In this document: one piece after another, positions 51,450-64,000 of the stretch
Position numbering within the stretch: the first letter of the stretch is position 1
Layout: every line of letters begins with the position of its first letter
From: the human T2T-CHM13v2.0 reference genome, Homo sapiens
Assembly: GCF_009914755.1 (NCBI RefSeq)
Contig: NC_060947.1
Length of the DNA stretch: 64,000 nucleotides
Direction: 5' to 3' (one strand)
The notes under the pieces: generated by a model
Told to the model about the DNA's origin: nothing
Seen by the model: the letters and a program-made list of their open reading frames with translations, nothing else
The model's database searches: none
Made by a program: the position numbers and the translations under genes

Positions 51450-53145
51450 AAGAGTTCGACATCTGGCTCATTGTCTTCTTCTCCACCCCAAGTCCTGACA
51501 TCATTCTGGGTGAGTTGGACATCCGTGATCCATGTACAGGACACACTCTCATCCTAGCCTTACCATGCTTCATCATCAGTCAGAACCCCCTACCATCTAC
51601 ACCTTGCTGGCTGGCCTCAACGCTCTTCTTTTTACCTCAGGAGGCTCTCCAGTTTTTTGAGCCCCCTCCATCCATTTCTTCCATCCCATCAGCCCCTTTC
51701 ACCTTACTACCTTCCCTCTCCATCCTGGAACATGATGATGATGATGATAAGAATAACAACTAATATGTATGTGCCAGGCATATACTACCCATCTTATGAC
51801 ATCATTTCAGTAATCTCATGTTATCCTCACAATAACTTTATGAGGAAGATACTATTGTGGTTTTCCTTTTAATGAGGTGACTGAGGCTCAGAGAGGTTGA
51901 GTGACTTACCCAAAGTCCCACAGCAGAGATGAGATTTGAAGTCAGGTCTGTTTGCTTTCAGAATCTTGCGTATATCCCCAATTCCCTTGCCCTGTGTCTT
52001 TCTGCTGCATCCATGAGGCAAAATCCTAAGTCTGGATAAATTTAACTGACAGTTTCCTCCTCTGTGCTTATGCCCAGATGGAGGAACATTGCTGGAGAAA
52101 ATCCCATCACTTTGTTGGTTAGTCCCACCAGAAAGTCATAGTTTCCAACCTCAGCGGGGCCCTCAACTCAGCTAAACAATCCTTCTAAGTAACTGTCCTG
52201 ACAATAGCACTTGCAAACTTTCTCCACTGCCCTCTGGAGTCAGACTGTCTGGGTTAGAGTCTGCTTTGGCCACTTCCATGCTCCATACCATGCCAGCCTT
52301 TAAGAAAGGGTGAAGTGGAGGAAAAAGGATGAGGGGAAAGGGGAAGTGATATGTATCGAGTGTCTTCTAGGTACCAGCCACTGTGCCAGGTGCTTTGCAT
52401 GCAGTGTTTCATTTAATCCTGCCAGCAGCCCTGCAAGGGCAATACTCTTGTTATTTTTGCTTTACAGAGGAGGAAGCTGAGGCACAGACAGGTTAAGTCA
52501 CTCACTAACGTGACACAATTTGTATGTGGAGAAGCCATCTCATTCGTTTAGACCTTCCTTATCTTGATGAATTATTGTGACAAGCTGATAAATGGGTCCC
52601 CTGTTACCTATCTCATGCCCTACAATCTACCTTCCATTCTGTTGCTGGGACAATCTTTCTAAAATGCACATCTGACAGTGCTACTACTCTGCTTAAAGTC
52701 CTTCCAGAGCTTCCCCTCAGTCTTCAGAATGAAACAGAAACCTTTGATCTTAATGATTTGGCCCTGTCCTTCCTTTCTCACTGCATCCACTACCACTTGC
52801 CCATGCAGTCACACAGTACTATTTTTGGCCACCTGATGACACCTTGCTTTCTTCTGAAGAAAGAAGAAAGCATATATATATATATTCTCTGCCTCCCCAT
52901 CCTCCACACCCTTTCCTGCCCACTTTAAATGCTCCTCTTCTGTGCTTTCACAGCATTCATGTTTATCCCAGTGTGTTATAATTTCCTGCTGTCTTCTCTG
53001 TTTCCCCCATTAAACTGGAAGCATCTTGAGAACTGGGATTGTGCCTTAGTCATCTCTGTACTCCCCAGGGCCGTAGCACCAGAGCCATGGTTAAATCTAT
53101 GTTTGTTGAATGACTGAATTAATGAATGAATAGAGTGAATGAGAG
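51450..53145 (+). mobile_element. Fragmented L2 with nested minus-strand MIRs (about 51735-51960 and 52345-52530)
   Basis: catcattctgggtgagttggacatcc, tctttctaaaatgcacatctga, ctctgcttaaa; tail tgtttgttgaatgactgaattaatgaatgaa. Confidence 0.65.
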
Positions 53146-53964
53146 AAGAAAAAGCTCTCACTTGGAAAGTTTAGTGACATGAGCTGTATGGTATCTGATT
53201 CTTGGCTGAAGCTGCTGCAGTTTTTCCCTATGACTACAGTGCTATAAAAATATGTCTGCACATGGATAAAGACTGGAAGAGAACTTTCCACACAAAACTA
53301 AGAGTTGTGTTAGAGTGGTGAGTGATGGATGCTTTTTTCCCCATTTTCAAAATGTTCTTTAGTGCTGCTTTTGGATTGTTTTGGCAATGTAGCAGACATT
53401 GTAGAAATGGAATTTGGGGCTCCCATGGAGGAATCGACAACCAATATGTATTGATGCCCAGTGTACTCTGCTGGGTTCTGGGTGCTGTGGGGAGATGGGT
53501 GGGTAAAGGCGACTCATTCTGACTCAGGTTTGCATGGTCAGGAATCTTGCCAATTACGTTGGATTTGCTGGAATAAAAAGATAACTTTCAAGAATTTTCC
53601 AAGCTCCTGGGTTGAGGTATTTCTTTTCTCCCAAAGCTGGGCCGCAAACAAAGATGGCTTTTGTTTGCAGTAAAATACTCATTCCTTCAATTTTGTCCTG
53701 CAAAGTGACTTCTATAGCTTTGGGAGTCAGGTTTGCTGAGTGGGGAAACTGATTGTCCATGCTTCATTGATTTAGAAATGACCAAAAATGTTTGCCTTTT
53801 CTGGCTCTTGAATAAAATGTTTAGGAATTTCATTGGCAAAATGATGAAATTGTTCCCTTTACTGCTGCAAGACTTCCAAAACTATATATCGTGGGTTAAC
53901 TTAACCCAGAAGAGGCAAAAAAAAAAAAAAAATGGGAAGCAGACTCAGATGATTAACACTCTGC

Positions 53965-54480
53965 CTTAATTGGGTGCTTACTCACTCTGCCGTGGCAAGG
54001 CACTGTGTTCTGGACTTTGGAGATATCTCATTTAAAACTCTCAACAGCCTGTGGGTAAGGGACTGTTATTGTTCTCATGGTAGAGATGGTCAAACTGAGT
54101 TTCATAGAGGCTCAGCTCTGAAATCATGAGACCAGGATTTGAAGCCGAGTTCAGCTGGTTCCATGGGCACACACTAACCATTTGGCAACAGTGCCTCTAG
54201 ACTAGTCTGGCTACAAAGGGACAGAGGTATGTATTTATTTTGATTTAACGAACCGTTGTTTAATGTTTACCATGTCCCGGGCACATGGTAACTGCTTTAA
54301 AAATGTTAGATTATTTACTTCTCATAGACAACCCTGTGAGGAGGTACTATTATTAATATCATATGACAGGTGGGAAAATGGAGGCACAGGGGTGTTGAAT
54401 CACTTGCCCGGGGTCACTCAGGCTAGCATGTGACAGAGCTAGAGTTACAATCCAAGTGGCCATGTTCAGGTGTGTGGCCC
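53965..54480 (-). mobile_element. Two adjacent MIR SINEs
   Basis: ctcatttaaaactctcaacagcctg...; caaccctgtgaggaggtactattatt...gaggcacagg...cacttgcccggggtcac. Confidence 0.7.
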
Positions 54481-55239
54481 ATTACCTTGACTCTGTGCTG
54501 GTTAGCATGCTACCCCCTGTGCCCTGTCTGCATAGCTCTGGCTCAGAAACACTGAAGACATGGGCCTCTTTTTGTAGTTTTGTAACAGATTTGTACTTTT
54601 TAAAGTATTTTCCACCATTAAAGCCATACGCTCTGCTTCTAAGCGTCCTGTGGGGTTGGTGGGAAGGGTGAAAACATACTCCTGTCCTTCTATAGCAAGA
54701 CTAGCTTAGAGGCAAGGTGGCCCAGTGGTTAGAGCATGCCCATGGTGCCAGTGAACTCAGCTTCAAATCCTGGCCTTATGATTTCAGAGCTGAACCTCTC
54801 TGAATGTCTGTATCACTATCTTTGCTAAAGGAAGAGGAAGCTTTCTCCCGATATCTTCATTTACTTCCAATTTTCGGTTTTTGGGGGAGAGCTGGGTTTC
54901 CTCCACAGCTAGGCGCTGGGTGGCGAAGGGCTTTTGGACTGTCACTACTTTTCATTCGACAGAGACTTCAGGATAGCCCCCTTCAAAGGCAGTCTGTTTG
55001 GGGTCATCAGGAACAGACAGAGTGCTCTTCCCTACCGCACTCATCCCACCTAGTGCCATCTATCCTTACCCACTCTGAATCCCTCCTCTCGGCAGGCACT
55101 GCCTCATTCCCCAGAGCCAGGCCTAGACAATGGCGGCTGCTCAGCTTGGAGGGAGGGGGAGTGAAGAGGCAGCAGGCCCAACCTGCCAGCTTGAAAGCTT
55201 CATTTGACAGGGGAGGAGGCACATCTGGTTTGGGTTTTC

Positions 55240-56080
55240 AATTCAATTCAACAATGATTTATTGTGGGTCTGCCAGCTGCAGAGGTTCTGGGCTAGGCTA
55301 GGCAGCAAGAGATGCAAAGATAAGTAAAATATTGTCTGTGCCCTTAAAGGAGTTTTCTAGGTTGTAGGGGTGTGCAGACGCAAATGAGCATTTTTTTTTT
55401 ATGCGATAAGCCCTGTGCTTAGCAGTTTACCTTGCCTACATTATTATGTCTTTGCATCTTCCCAGCAGGTTTTGTGATGGAGGTGGGTAAACTATTATCA
55501 CTTCATTTTATACACATGAGGAAACAGAGCCTCAGAGTGGAAGAGACTGGCCCAAGGTCACATTTTTAAGAATGGACCAAACCAGTTCTGGAACTATTAC
55601 ATTCTTCTGCTCCCCAGAGGTGATGAAGATGATGATGATGACAAAAAACACTTACTGAGCTCTGGAGGCCAAGTCTTGTGCTATGCAGGCTGCAGATATT
55701 ATTTTACTGGCAACTTCCAACATCCCATTGAGGCTGATGTTGTTATCCCTTTTTCTAGAAGAGAAAACGGAGGTAGCCTTGGGAAGTGATGGAGTTGGAA
55801 TTTGAAACCAGGTCATTCCAGTCCACCAGCCTGTACCATAAAAGAGGTAGACACAGGGTGCCATGTTCAGGGGCAAGAGCAATGAATTGTGCCTGCAAAA
55901 GCTTCATGCCAGAGATGGCATTTACATTTGGCCTTGAAGGGTGAGATGGGGTTATGATTGGTAGAGTTGGGAGAGAGGGCATCCCAGTCAGAAGGGATAT
56001 TCTGAGCAAAGAACCCAAAGAGATGACTTGTGGAGCATTTTGATTGAGAGGCTGTAGGTTCATCCGGCATGCAGGCCGGG
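55240..56080 (-). mobile_element. Interleaved L2 and MIR fragments
   Basis: ttcaattcaaca...tttattg L2 tail; atgaggaaacagagcctcagag...cccaaggtcaca; aagcttcatg...ggccttgaagg. Confidence 0.55.
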
Positions 56081-57119
56081 GACTCTGGGTGTAGAGGAAC
56101 AATGTGAAGGAAACCAGAGATACGCCTGATGGTCTAACACATTTTTGTCAAGTTGAGGTTCTTATTTTTTTAATTAAGAGCAGGTACTCTGCCCCAAAGG
56201 CTTTTCAAATGATACTATCTTGCAACCCATGAGCAAACACACTCGAGTCTCTCACTGTGTAAATTCTACTGTGCTGAGAGCTGCGGTGAATACAAAAGAA
56301 AACAACTCAATTCCTCAAGTGTGTGCCGATGGCCCCCGTGTGGTTGAGGAGGCAAGATACACACAATCAGGAAAAGCAGCAGCTAGCATAGGCAGTTAGT
56401 GATCAGGGCCAAATGAGTTTTTCCAGCCGTCAGATTTCAAGGAACATGAACGAGAGGAAGGCCGGCAAGCTTAAGGCCGGGTGGGGCAATCAGTGTAGCT
56501 AGCATTAAGGGCTCTGGCCAGGCCTCCCTTCCCCAAACTGCCACGGTCTCCAACCATGTCTTGACCTCCCAGAGTTTGTTAGGGAAGATGGGACCTTATG
56601 GGATCAGAGACAGCGCATGGGAGCTGGGAAACGGAGCCGAATACCTGATATTCCTGATCCTCCAATTTTCTACACTTATTCTCATTTCCTGGCAGCTCCT
56701 CCAGCTGCTGAATTGTATGTGTATGTGTGAGCCGTATTTTAAATTAAGCAGTGAGTTCTTTCAGCTCATCATAAACATGCTAAAAAGCTTCAGCCGCGGC
56801 CTGAGCCCACCCCCGCCCTTTACACACACAGGCAGCAGCTGGGGCCACTCGACCCCACACTCTAATGTGCATTGCCTATGACTCACCAACAAAAACGACT
56901 GTATGTTTCAGTCTCCCTGGGTAGCTGATTCCTAGTTGTGGTGGGAAATCTCAGTCCGATTTGGAAGGCAAAGGGCCTCAGCCCCGCCCTACTGACTGTG
57001 AATTCTACAACATATGGAGCGCCTACCTTGTGCAAGGCATTGTGGGTAAGTCCATTCATCTCTCTGGGCTTTCCATTTCCTCAGCTTCAAAATGCATGTA
57101 CTAATCCTGCCGGCTTTAC

Positions 57120-57540
57120 CTCCCTCCTAGGGCTCTGTGTCTCAGCCACACTGGTCTTTCAATTTCTGCAACATTCTCGGTCTTTTCTCGCCCCAGGGCC
57201 TTTGTTCGTGCTCCTGCCTGGACTGCCCTTCCTCTTGCTTTTGGCATGGAAGGCTCCTTCCTAACCTTTCAGTCTCAGCTTAACGTTACCTCCTGAGAAG
57301 AGCCTTCTCTGACCACCCACAGTTAGATGCCTCCTGTTCCTCTCTTACATTTCTTTTATTAGCAATGCTTCCTTAACCCCATTTACTGCTCTGGGTAATT
57401 ATGTCTATTTATATTTGTCTATTTATGGTATGTCTCTCCCACTGGAATGTAAGCTCCAAGAGGACAGGGACCTTGTCTGTGTCACTCAGCAATGTGTCCC
57501 TCTCCTCTAGAGTGGTGCTTGGCACATAGTAGGCTGACAT
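57120..57540 (+). mobile_element. L2a 3' end
   Basis: cagggcctttg...tctcagctt...acctcctgagaagagccttctctgaccacc...ctggaatgtaagctcca...ggcacatagtagg. Confidence 0.8.
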
Positions 57541-57754
57541 AAGCAAAACCATCTGGAAAATATTTTCTTCCTGAGGTTCTTGCCAGACATATGGTTGCTG
57601 AGGGAAAAATTATGGCAGAACTGTGTCATTCCATAGGAAAAAAAATCAGGCTAAAAGGGAAGAGTTTGTTGAAAACAGTTCTGTTTTAGAAACCAGTCCT
57701 TGGAGTCTCATCGCCAGACACAGTCTTATGAAATTAAACAAAAGAAATAAAAAG

Positions 57755-57995
57755 CATAAAAAGCTAAGTTTTTATTGGGTATTTACTATGTGCCAGGAAC
57801 TGTTCTAAGTGTTCTACACAGATTATCTCATTTAATCCTCATCATAACCCAATGACGTCAACTCTATTATTAGCTCCATTTAACAGATGAAGGAATTGAG
57901 GCTCTGGGATGTTAAGAAAAGTGCCCAAGGTCACACAGCTAGCAAGAGACAGAACCAAAAGTTGAACTCAAGGCAGTCTGAGTCCAAGTCCACAA
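57755..57995 (-). mobile_element. MIR SINE
   Basis: tttactatgtgccaggaactgttctaag...ctcatttaatcctca...tgcccaaggtcacacagctag. Confidence 0.85.
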
Positions 57996-60750
57996 ACTAA
58001 ATCATCTATGCCACCTGCAGCCCCCACCTCATGTTACCCTACACCTCCCACGCCACCCCCAGGCACGATTCTACTACAGCACTGGCCACATTGCAGAACA
58101 GGGGTTTGTTTACTTGTCTGTCCTTCCTACTAGACGAGGAGCTTCTCAAGTGCAGAGACTGGATCTTATTCATTTTTGCTTCCCCTGTGCCTGGAAGAGA
58201 GCTTGTTCTGGAATAGCTAACCAAGGAATATTCGTTGAATGAGCAAATGAGTGAGGGAGTAAGTGAATCCATATTCCTTAATATTTTCAGGCTTCAGGCT
58301 TATGGGCTCATGTGTATTTCCCTGGTCAAGCATAGCACTGGGCACAAGGGTATTCTGGTGCAAGAGGTGCCTCTCACCACAGGGTACAAGAAGGACTAGC
58401 TCTGGCTGGGTAAACCAAAGCAGTGTTCCACAGAGCAAGGGGCTTGATCCAGAAGGTTTCATTTTGTCATCGGTCTAAAAAGTAGCTGGACCTGTTTAGG
58501 ACTTAAACAAACTTTCAGTGTTCCAATCCCATCTCAAATCCTTTGCAGAATGAGGCAGGGTGTGGGGAGGTGGTGGTGGGGCAGTTATAAATAAACAAAT
58601 ACCCACAAACCGGCTGGTTTTTTAAACAGAATTTGCTTCAGTCAGTGCTGCACCACATTTTCCCAACTGGCCTCCGTCGTGAGAACAAGTGGGAACTTTC
58701 ATACTGAATGGCTTTATTTTTATTCTGACCAGATGAATGGCAGGAGTTTTGGCTCGGGAGGCAGGTTTCCGATCCTCAGCACACAGTTTGCTGCCCTACT
58801 GTGCCCCGTCCATCACACACAGCGCCCTGCACAACATACCCAGTCATTGCATCTACTGCCTCAGCCCTTGAAAATAATTGGGTCATTGTTTTATTACACC
58901 AGCGAGAGAGCTGCAAGCCTGTTAGGATTATGTCATTGATATTTGCGTGAAAAGGCAATCATGATATGCTGGTCATTTAACACAGCTGGGAATGCAACTG
59001 TGTTGTCATTGTTTAAGGTTCTCATCCAGCCCCTCTGACTTTTTTGCACAGCCCAGCCCGTGAAAATGGATCACTCTGATGTATGTCACCTTTAAAATGC
59101 TTTCTAGCCCTTCAAGGGACCAAGCAGGATTTAACTCTTTTCATGCACTTGGACTTTGCTGCTTGTAGGCACAGCAGTCTGAAGGTGAGAGATGCTTGCT
59201 TTTCATACTTGTGGGAGTTGTACACCCTAGTGGCAGGATGCTGCCATACAGTGTCATTTGTTCACTAACTGCTGATCAGAGCCAAGGACAATTTTGGCTC
59301 AAGAACAAATGAGACCTAATGTCTGTGAGGGAAGACTATGTAGATAAGTCACGGGTCAGAGTTGTGTTGCGACTTGTATTGTGTGCTAGTTTCAGTAGGA
59401 CTTGTGCTTTCATTGCAATTGTCAGTATGCTTAAGCAGGGGTCTCTGCTAATGAAATTCGAGCATATTTGCATTTATCGACAGGTATTACTGATGGTAGA
59501 ACATCTTATTTCCACACAAGGCAATGAGTAACATTGATTATAGAAGTGTAAACAAAGCTCAAATTCATGTGCCAATTTGTCTATTTCAACTCATCGATCC
59601 TCTTCTTCCACTGGCATGCTAGCCTGAGTTTTATGGCATAAGGCCATTAAAGTATTCTTCAAAGGAATCTGTTGCAGACACCTGTTCATCCCTCTTCTGG
59701 TCCCGGTCCTTGCCAAACCAGCTCTGCCTTTGCCAACCACCTTGAGGTGTGACAGGAAAAGCTGACCCAATAAGGGAGTCAACTGAAGGGATGGAGTGGC
59801 TTAGATGCAAATGGCCAAATCCCAATGGCCATGGCTATAAGGAACACAGGTTCCTGAAGTTTTCTTGGCAACTAGCTCTAACTGCTTTGCCTTCTGAGTG
59901 CTTTGGTATTTGTTTTATTCTAAGTTCCCAGTTTTGATCTATTTTTGCCTTATGGCTGCAGATTCCCTTTCTGGAAAATGGGGCTCTGGCTGGGATCAAA
60001 TCAGAGAACACACCCAGACTTGGCATAGTGCCTGGCACAGAGTAAGTGCTCAACAAATGGTAGCTGTTGTCTCTTTTTCCCTGTCCAGGTTTCTTCTGGT
60101 TCTGTTCTCTGTACCTCCAGTATTGGCCCAGAACCAGGAACTGTTCCCTCCCCTGACTGGCAAGTCAGATTACCTGGCCCTCAGACAAGCTGGGCTCCCT
60201 TTTCTGGCAGCCTTTTGTTGTCCTTACCTGTTGCCATGTGCCACTCAGTGTAACCACAGGCAGACCTCTGCCAATTGCTGACATTAACCTATTGAATCCT
60301 GGCAGAGAAGAATAAGTTTGCAGACTGGAATTTGCATGTCTGGGCCAGATACGAGACCAGGAGGCAAAGCCATATTTACCTGTTCTCCCCAGTTGTGGCA
60401 AATCACCCACATTCTGGTTAAAACCAGATGTTTCACACCCATGACTGCAATGCCACACATCAAACAGTTGCTTACAAAGAACACAAAGTGGTTTTCACAT
60501 CGCAAATGTAACTTGCAGGTCACTTCTCAAATTTCCTCGCAGCAGCTACCATGCCTGGGTATTTTTCCCTTAAAAATGACAACCTTGTTGGGTCTCTTGT
60601 AGGGACTTTCATTTGGAAGCCCTGGGAGAACTTATATGCTCTTTCCAAGAGGGTCTCTGATGGCTTTAATTCACATGGAGTTAATATATTGGAAAAGAAA
60701 AGAGATCTTCCCCAAACTCACCTGCTCCTTGAAAATGCTATTCTGTTGCC

Positions 60751-60765
60751 TTGGCGAACAGCCAA
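60751..60765. promoter_or_regulatory. Perfect NFI palindrome TTGGC-N5-GCCAA
   Basis: ttggcgaacagccaa in non-repeat sequence; motif only, binding not shown. Confidence 0.45.
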
Positions 60766-60939
60766 TCCAAACATTAAAAAAGAGATAGAGAATGCAGGAA
60801 TCCTAAATGCTATTCTCAGTGCATGTCCAAACAAGAACTGGGGGCTGAGGGGCAAAGAACAGAAAGAGGAGAAAAGAGTTTTTGTAGCCTAGGCCGTGAG
60901 TTGATCCCACCCCGTCATGTCCTGTACCCTTCACGCTCA

Positions 60940-61372
<433 letters not shown>

Positions 61373-61904
61373 TCAGCCTGAGAGGCTCTCCAGGCTGGCA
61401 GGTCACACTAGAGCCAAGAGTGAAGGGTCCATTCAGTAAGGTCACTGCCATGATCAGTTCTCAACCACTTTAACTCAGTTTTTCTGTTGCTGCTTTGTTG
61501 GTTAGTGGTTTGTTTGTTTCTACCCATTTGGGAGAAGGGTAGGAAAGGAACTAAGGTGATCAACTATTCCATATGTGTCAGGCCCTGTACTTGTCTTTTC
61601 AAACACTTATTCACACTCTGAGGGACTCTCTCAGGTCCAGCAACTGTGTAGCTATGATGTGAAATAGCAGCTTCTCTCTATGCATTCACTGGGAATGGTT
61701 TGTTCTGATCACACAATTTTTTCCAGTTCTTCCGACGTTAGGTGTTGCATGGTAAGAAACAGGTGGTTAATTATTGAGACAGTTCTTATTTGGAATTGTC
61801 TCTTCCTCCTTCTCCTCTCAGGCAGATGCTAAAGGATGTCTGTAGTTTTTTCATGGCATTTTGCTAAAGATGCACATTCATTAATTCATCAAATAGCTTT
61901 TTTT

Positions 61905-62125
61905 GAGACATTATTATGAGTGAGGTGTTGTGCTATGATATGCTTTATATACCATATCTTATTTCATCCTCACCACAAAGCTATGAGGTAGGTACTATCA
62001 TTATCTTAATTTTACAATGAAGAGACTGAGGCTCAGGAAACATAATGCAAGGTCACACTCAGTTAATAAGTTGAGAGCTAGGATTCAAACCCAGGTTTAT
62101 CTGACTCAGTTACACTACACTTCCT
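61905..62125 (-). mobile_element. MIR SINE
   Basis: ctatgaggtaggtactatcattatc...actgaggctcag...caaggtcacac...ggattcaaacccagg. Confidence 0.85.
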
Positions 62126-62202
62126 CCACATAGCACATTGTGGGCCCGTCACAGCTCTTGAGGACAAAATTCATCCTTAGAAAAGTTTTCTTACTCCACT
62201 TT

Positions 62203-62260
62203 TTGCTGATACTACTGCTGCTGTTGCTGCTGCTACTACTATTACTACTACTGCTACTGT
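62203..62260. repeat. Imperfect (CTG)n/(CTA)n trinucleotide tract
   Basis: actactgctgctgttgctgctgctactactattactactactgctact. Confidence 0.85.
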
Positions 62261-63494
62261 TTCTCCTCCTCTATTTATCCAGAACTGCATTTTTCCAGCA
62301 CTCCTAGGTGCTTTGAACCCAGCTACCAGTTGTAGAGTTCAAACCCAGGCCTGCATGAGTCCCTTGCACCCATTCTACTTTTCTGCACTGCTTGTAATGT
62401 AACACAGGAGGTATGGGACATCCATAACTCAGGTAGGTAATTGACTTCAAGCTTAACATTCACTCACCAATCATTTATTGAGCACATATTAGATAAGCAA
62501 CCTATGGCTCCTGCCCTGGAGTTGTTCATAAGACCTTCCAGGCAGACAGCTATGGGACGAATACACTTGAATTTATTAAATCTACCTCAGGCAAAAAACC
62601 AAGCATGTAATTATAAGTAGTATATCAGAGTATGTGTAAATGGGGTTCTGTAAAATGTTTGAAAGAGGCAGGCCTGGGTTAGTGGTGAGAACAAGGATCA
62701 AGAAGGCTCTGCCACCAAATAACAACATGAGTGTTGTCCCGTTAATCTCTCTGGGCTTCTGTTTCCAGATCAAGGACCTCAAAATAATAGTCATAGTCAC
62801 CATTTATTGAGTGCTTTACTGTTAACCAGGCAGTATGCTAGGTGGTTTTCATTTAGTCTTGACAACAGTATTCTCGCTTTCCCTTTTCTACAGCTGAGAC
62901 TCAGAGACATTAGGTAATGTCTAGGTCACACAGCTCTTCAGTGACCAGTTGTTTCTATGTCAGAATCCTCTTATAATCACTGAGTTGTATCGCTTCCCTT
63001 GCCTCCTGCTCCCAAGTCAAGTATTCTCTACTATGTCGCCTGAAAATTAAAATTAAAATCAAGGTTAATCTTGTTCAACTGAGCCAAGAGGATAAACATT
63101 AGAAATAGCAATTAGTAGGTAGAAATGTTGCCAGGAAGAGCTATACAAAAGCATAGAAAGGCAACCAAGGGAGTTAATGATGGGGGTGTGGCAGGGGTTG
63201 CATGTTGATGGGTAATTGGATCCTGGCCAGCTCTTACCTTCTTCCTTCACCTTCCCACTCCGCAATTTCTCAGGCTTCTCTAGAGAGCACAACCCACCTA
63301 GAGACAGCCTGTGTTGCCACAGGAGGGCACCAGGCCAGGAATGGCAGGCCTAGGGCAGTGGGGCTCTGGGCTGGGAACCATAAATAACCACTTTAATGAA
63401 AACCAGCTTTGGCCAAAAGCCTTATCATTTCTTAAGAGGTTCTGTGCTTCTTCTAATGACCTAGTTACTTGAGAAAGGCCTAGCCTAACATATA

Positions 63495-63730
63495 CAACAA
63501 CAATAATAGTTGCCCTATAGTGAGTACTTACTATGGGCCAGGGCCTGTGCTAAACACTCACTAATTCATTTAATCCTCACACAGCCCTACAGGAGCAAGT
63601 ACTATTATTTCCCCCACGTTACAGAGCAGGCATCAGGCTGAGAGAGGCTAAGTCATTTGCTCAAGATCATATAGCTGGTTGGAGCTGGAATTTGAAGCCT
63701 GAAGCATCTAGTTCCAGGGCCTGAGCTCTT
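63495..63730 (-). mobile_element. MIR SINE
   Basis: tgagtacttactatgggccagg...tcatttaatcctcac...aggctgagagaggctaagtcatttgctcaagatca. Confidence 0.8.
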
Positions 63731-63875
63731 TAATTCCTATATTTAATGAATGTCTGTCGAAGGAATAAACAGATGAATGAATAGACAAATGTATTCATTT
63801 CATTTCACTTTAACAAACATTTATTGAGTGCTCTGTGTCAGCTCCTGTGCTAGGCATTGAGGATTTATAAGTTTA

Positions 63876-63932
63876 GTGCGTGCGTGCGCGCACACACACA
63901 CACACACAAACGCACACACACACACACACACA
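63876..63932. repeat. (GTGC)n-(CA)n alternating purine-pyrimidine microsatellite within an L2 tail
   Basis: gtgcgtgcgtgcgcgcacacacacacacacacaaacgcacacacacacacacacaca. Confidence 0.95.
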
Positions 63933-64000
63933 TCCTGCATGGCCCTTGCTCTCCAGGGGTTCACAAAAGCATTCTCTATTGTGGCTTGATTTCTTCTGGA

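Noticed and set aside
54804-55301. Longest ORF (165 aa)
   Set aside because: It starts in a MIR fragment and ends in an L2 tail, with no recognisable domain; this length is compatible with chance.
63740-63870. Tail-to-tail L2 ends as a miR-28-like hairpin
   Set aside because: The plus-strand arm is too degenerate to pair over pre-miRNA length.

Overview
This is primate, almost certainly human, non-coding DNA. It is CpG-poor, roughly 40% GC by eye, and contains AluJ/S/Y, L1PA/PB/M, L2, L3, MIR, MaLR/ERVL LTRs and MER DNA-transposon fossils. I cannot support any protein-coding gene, RNA gene or CpG island. The ORF track is explained by chance ORFs and translated Alu/L1 remnants, and I cannot name the locus. 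It reads like a large intron or gene desert rich in ancient MIR/L2, with several repeat-free, motif-rich islands (about 42.3-43.4, 44.8-45.1, 48.2-49.0, 56.7-56.95 and 58.5-59.6 kb) that may be enhancers. I did not find a convincing undescribed biological system. The best leads are: a very young, possibly polymorphic AluYc1-like insertion (15.7 kb); a 122-bp tandem duplication (16.7 kb); template-switch-type palindromes in an L1MB and a MER6; a near-consensus CTCF site (51.2 kb); a TSD-flanked poly(T)-only insertion scar (47.1 kb); and an unexplained stretch at 28.7-29.8 kb with degenerate reverse-transcriptase-like motifs and tandem hairpins. Subfamily names come from recalled consensus sequences, and boundaries of old repeats are approximate (tens of bp).
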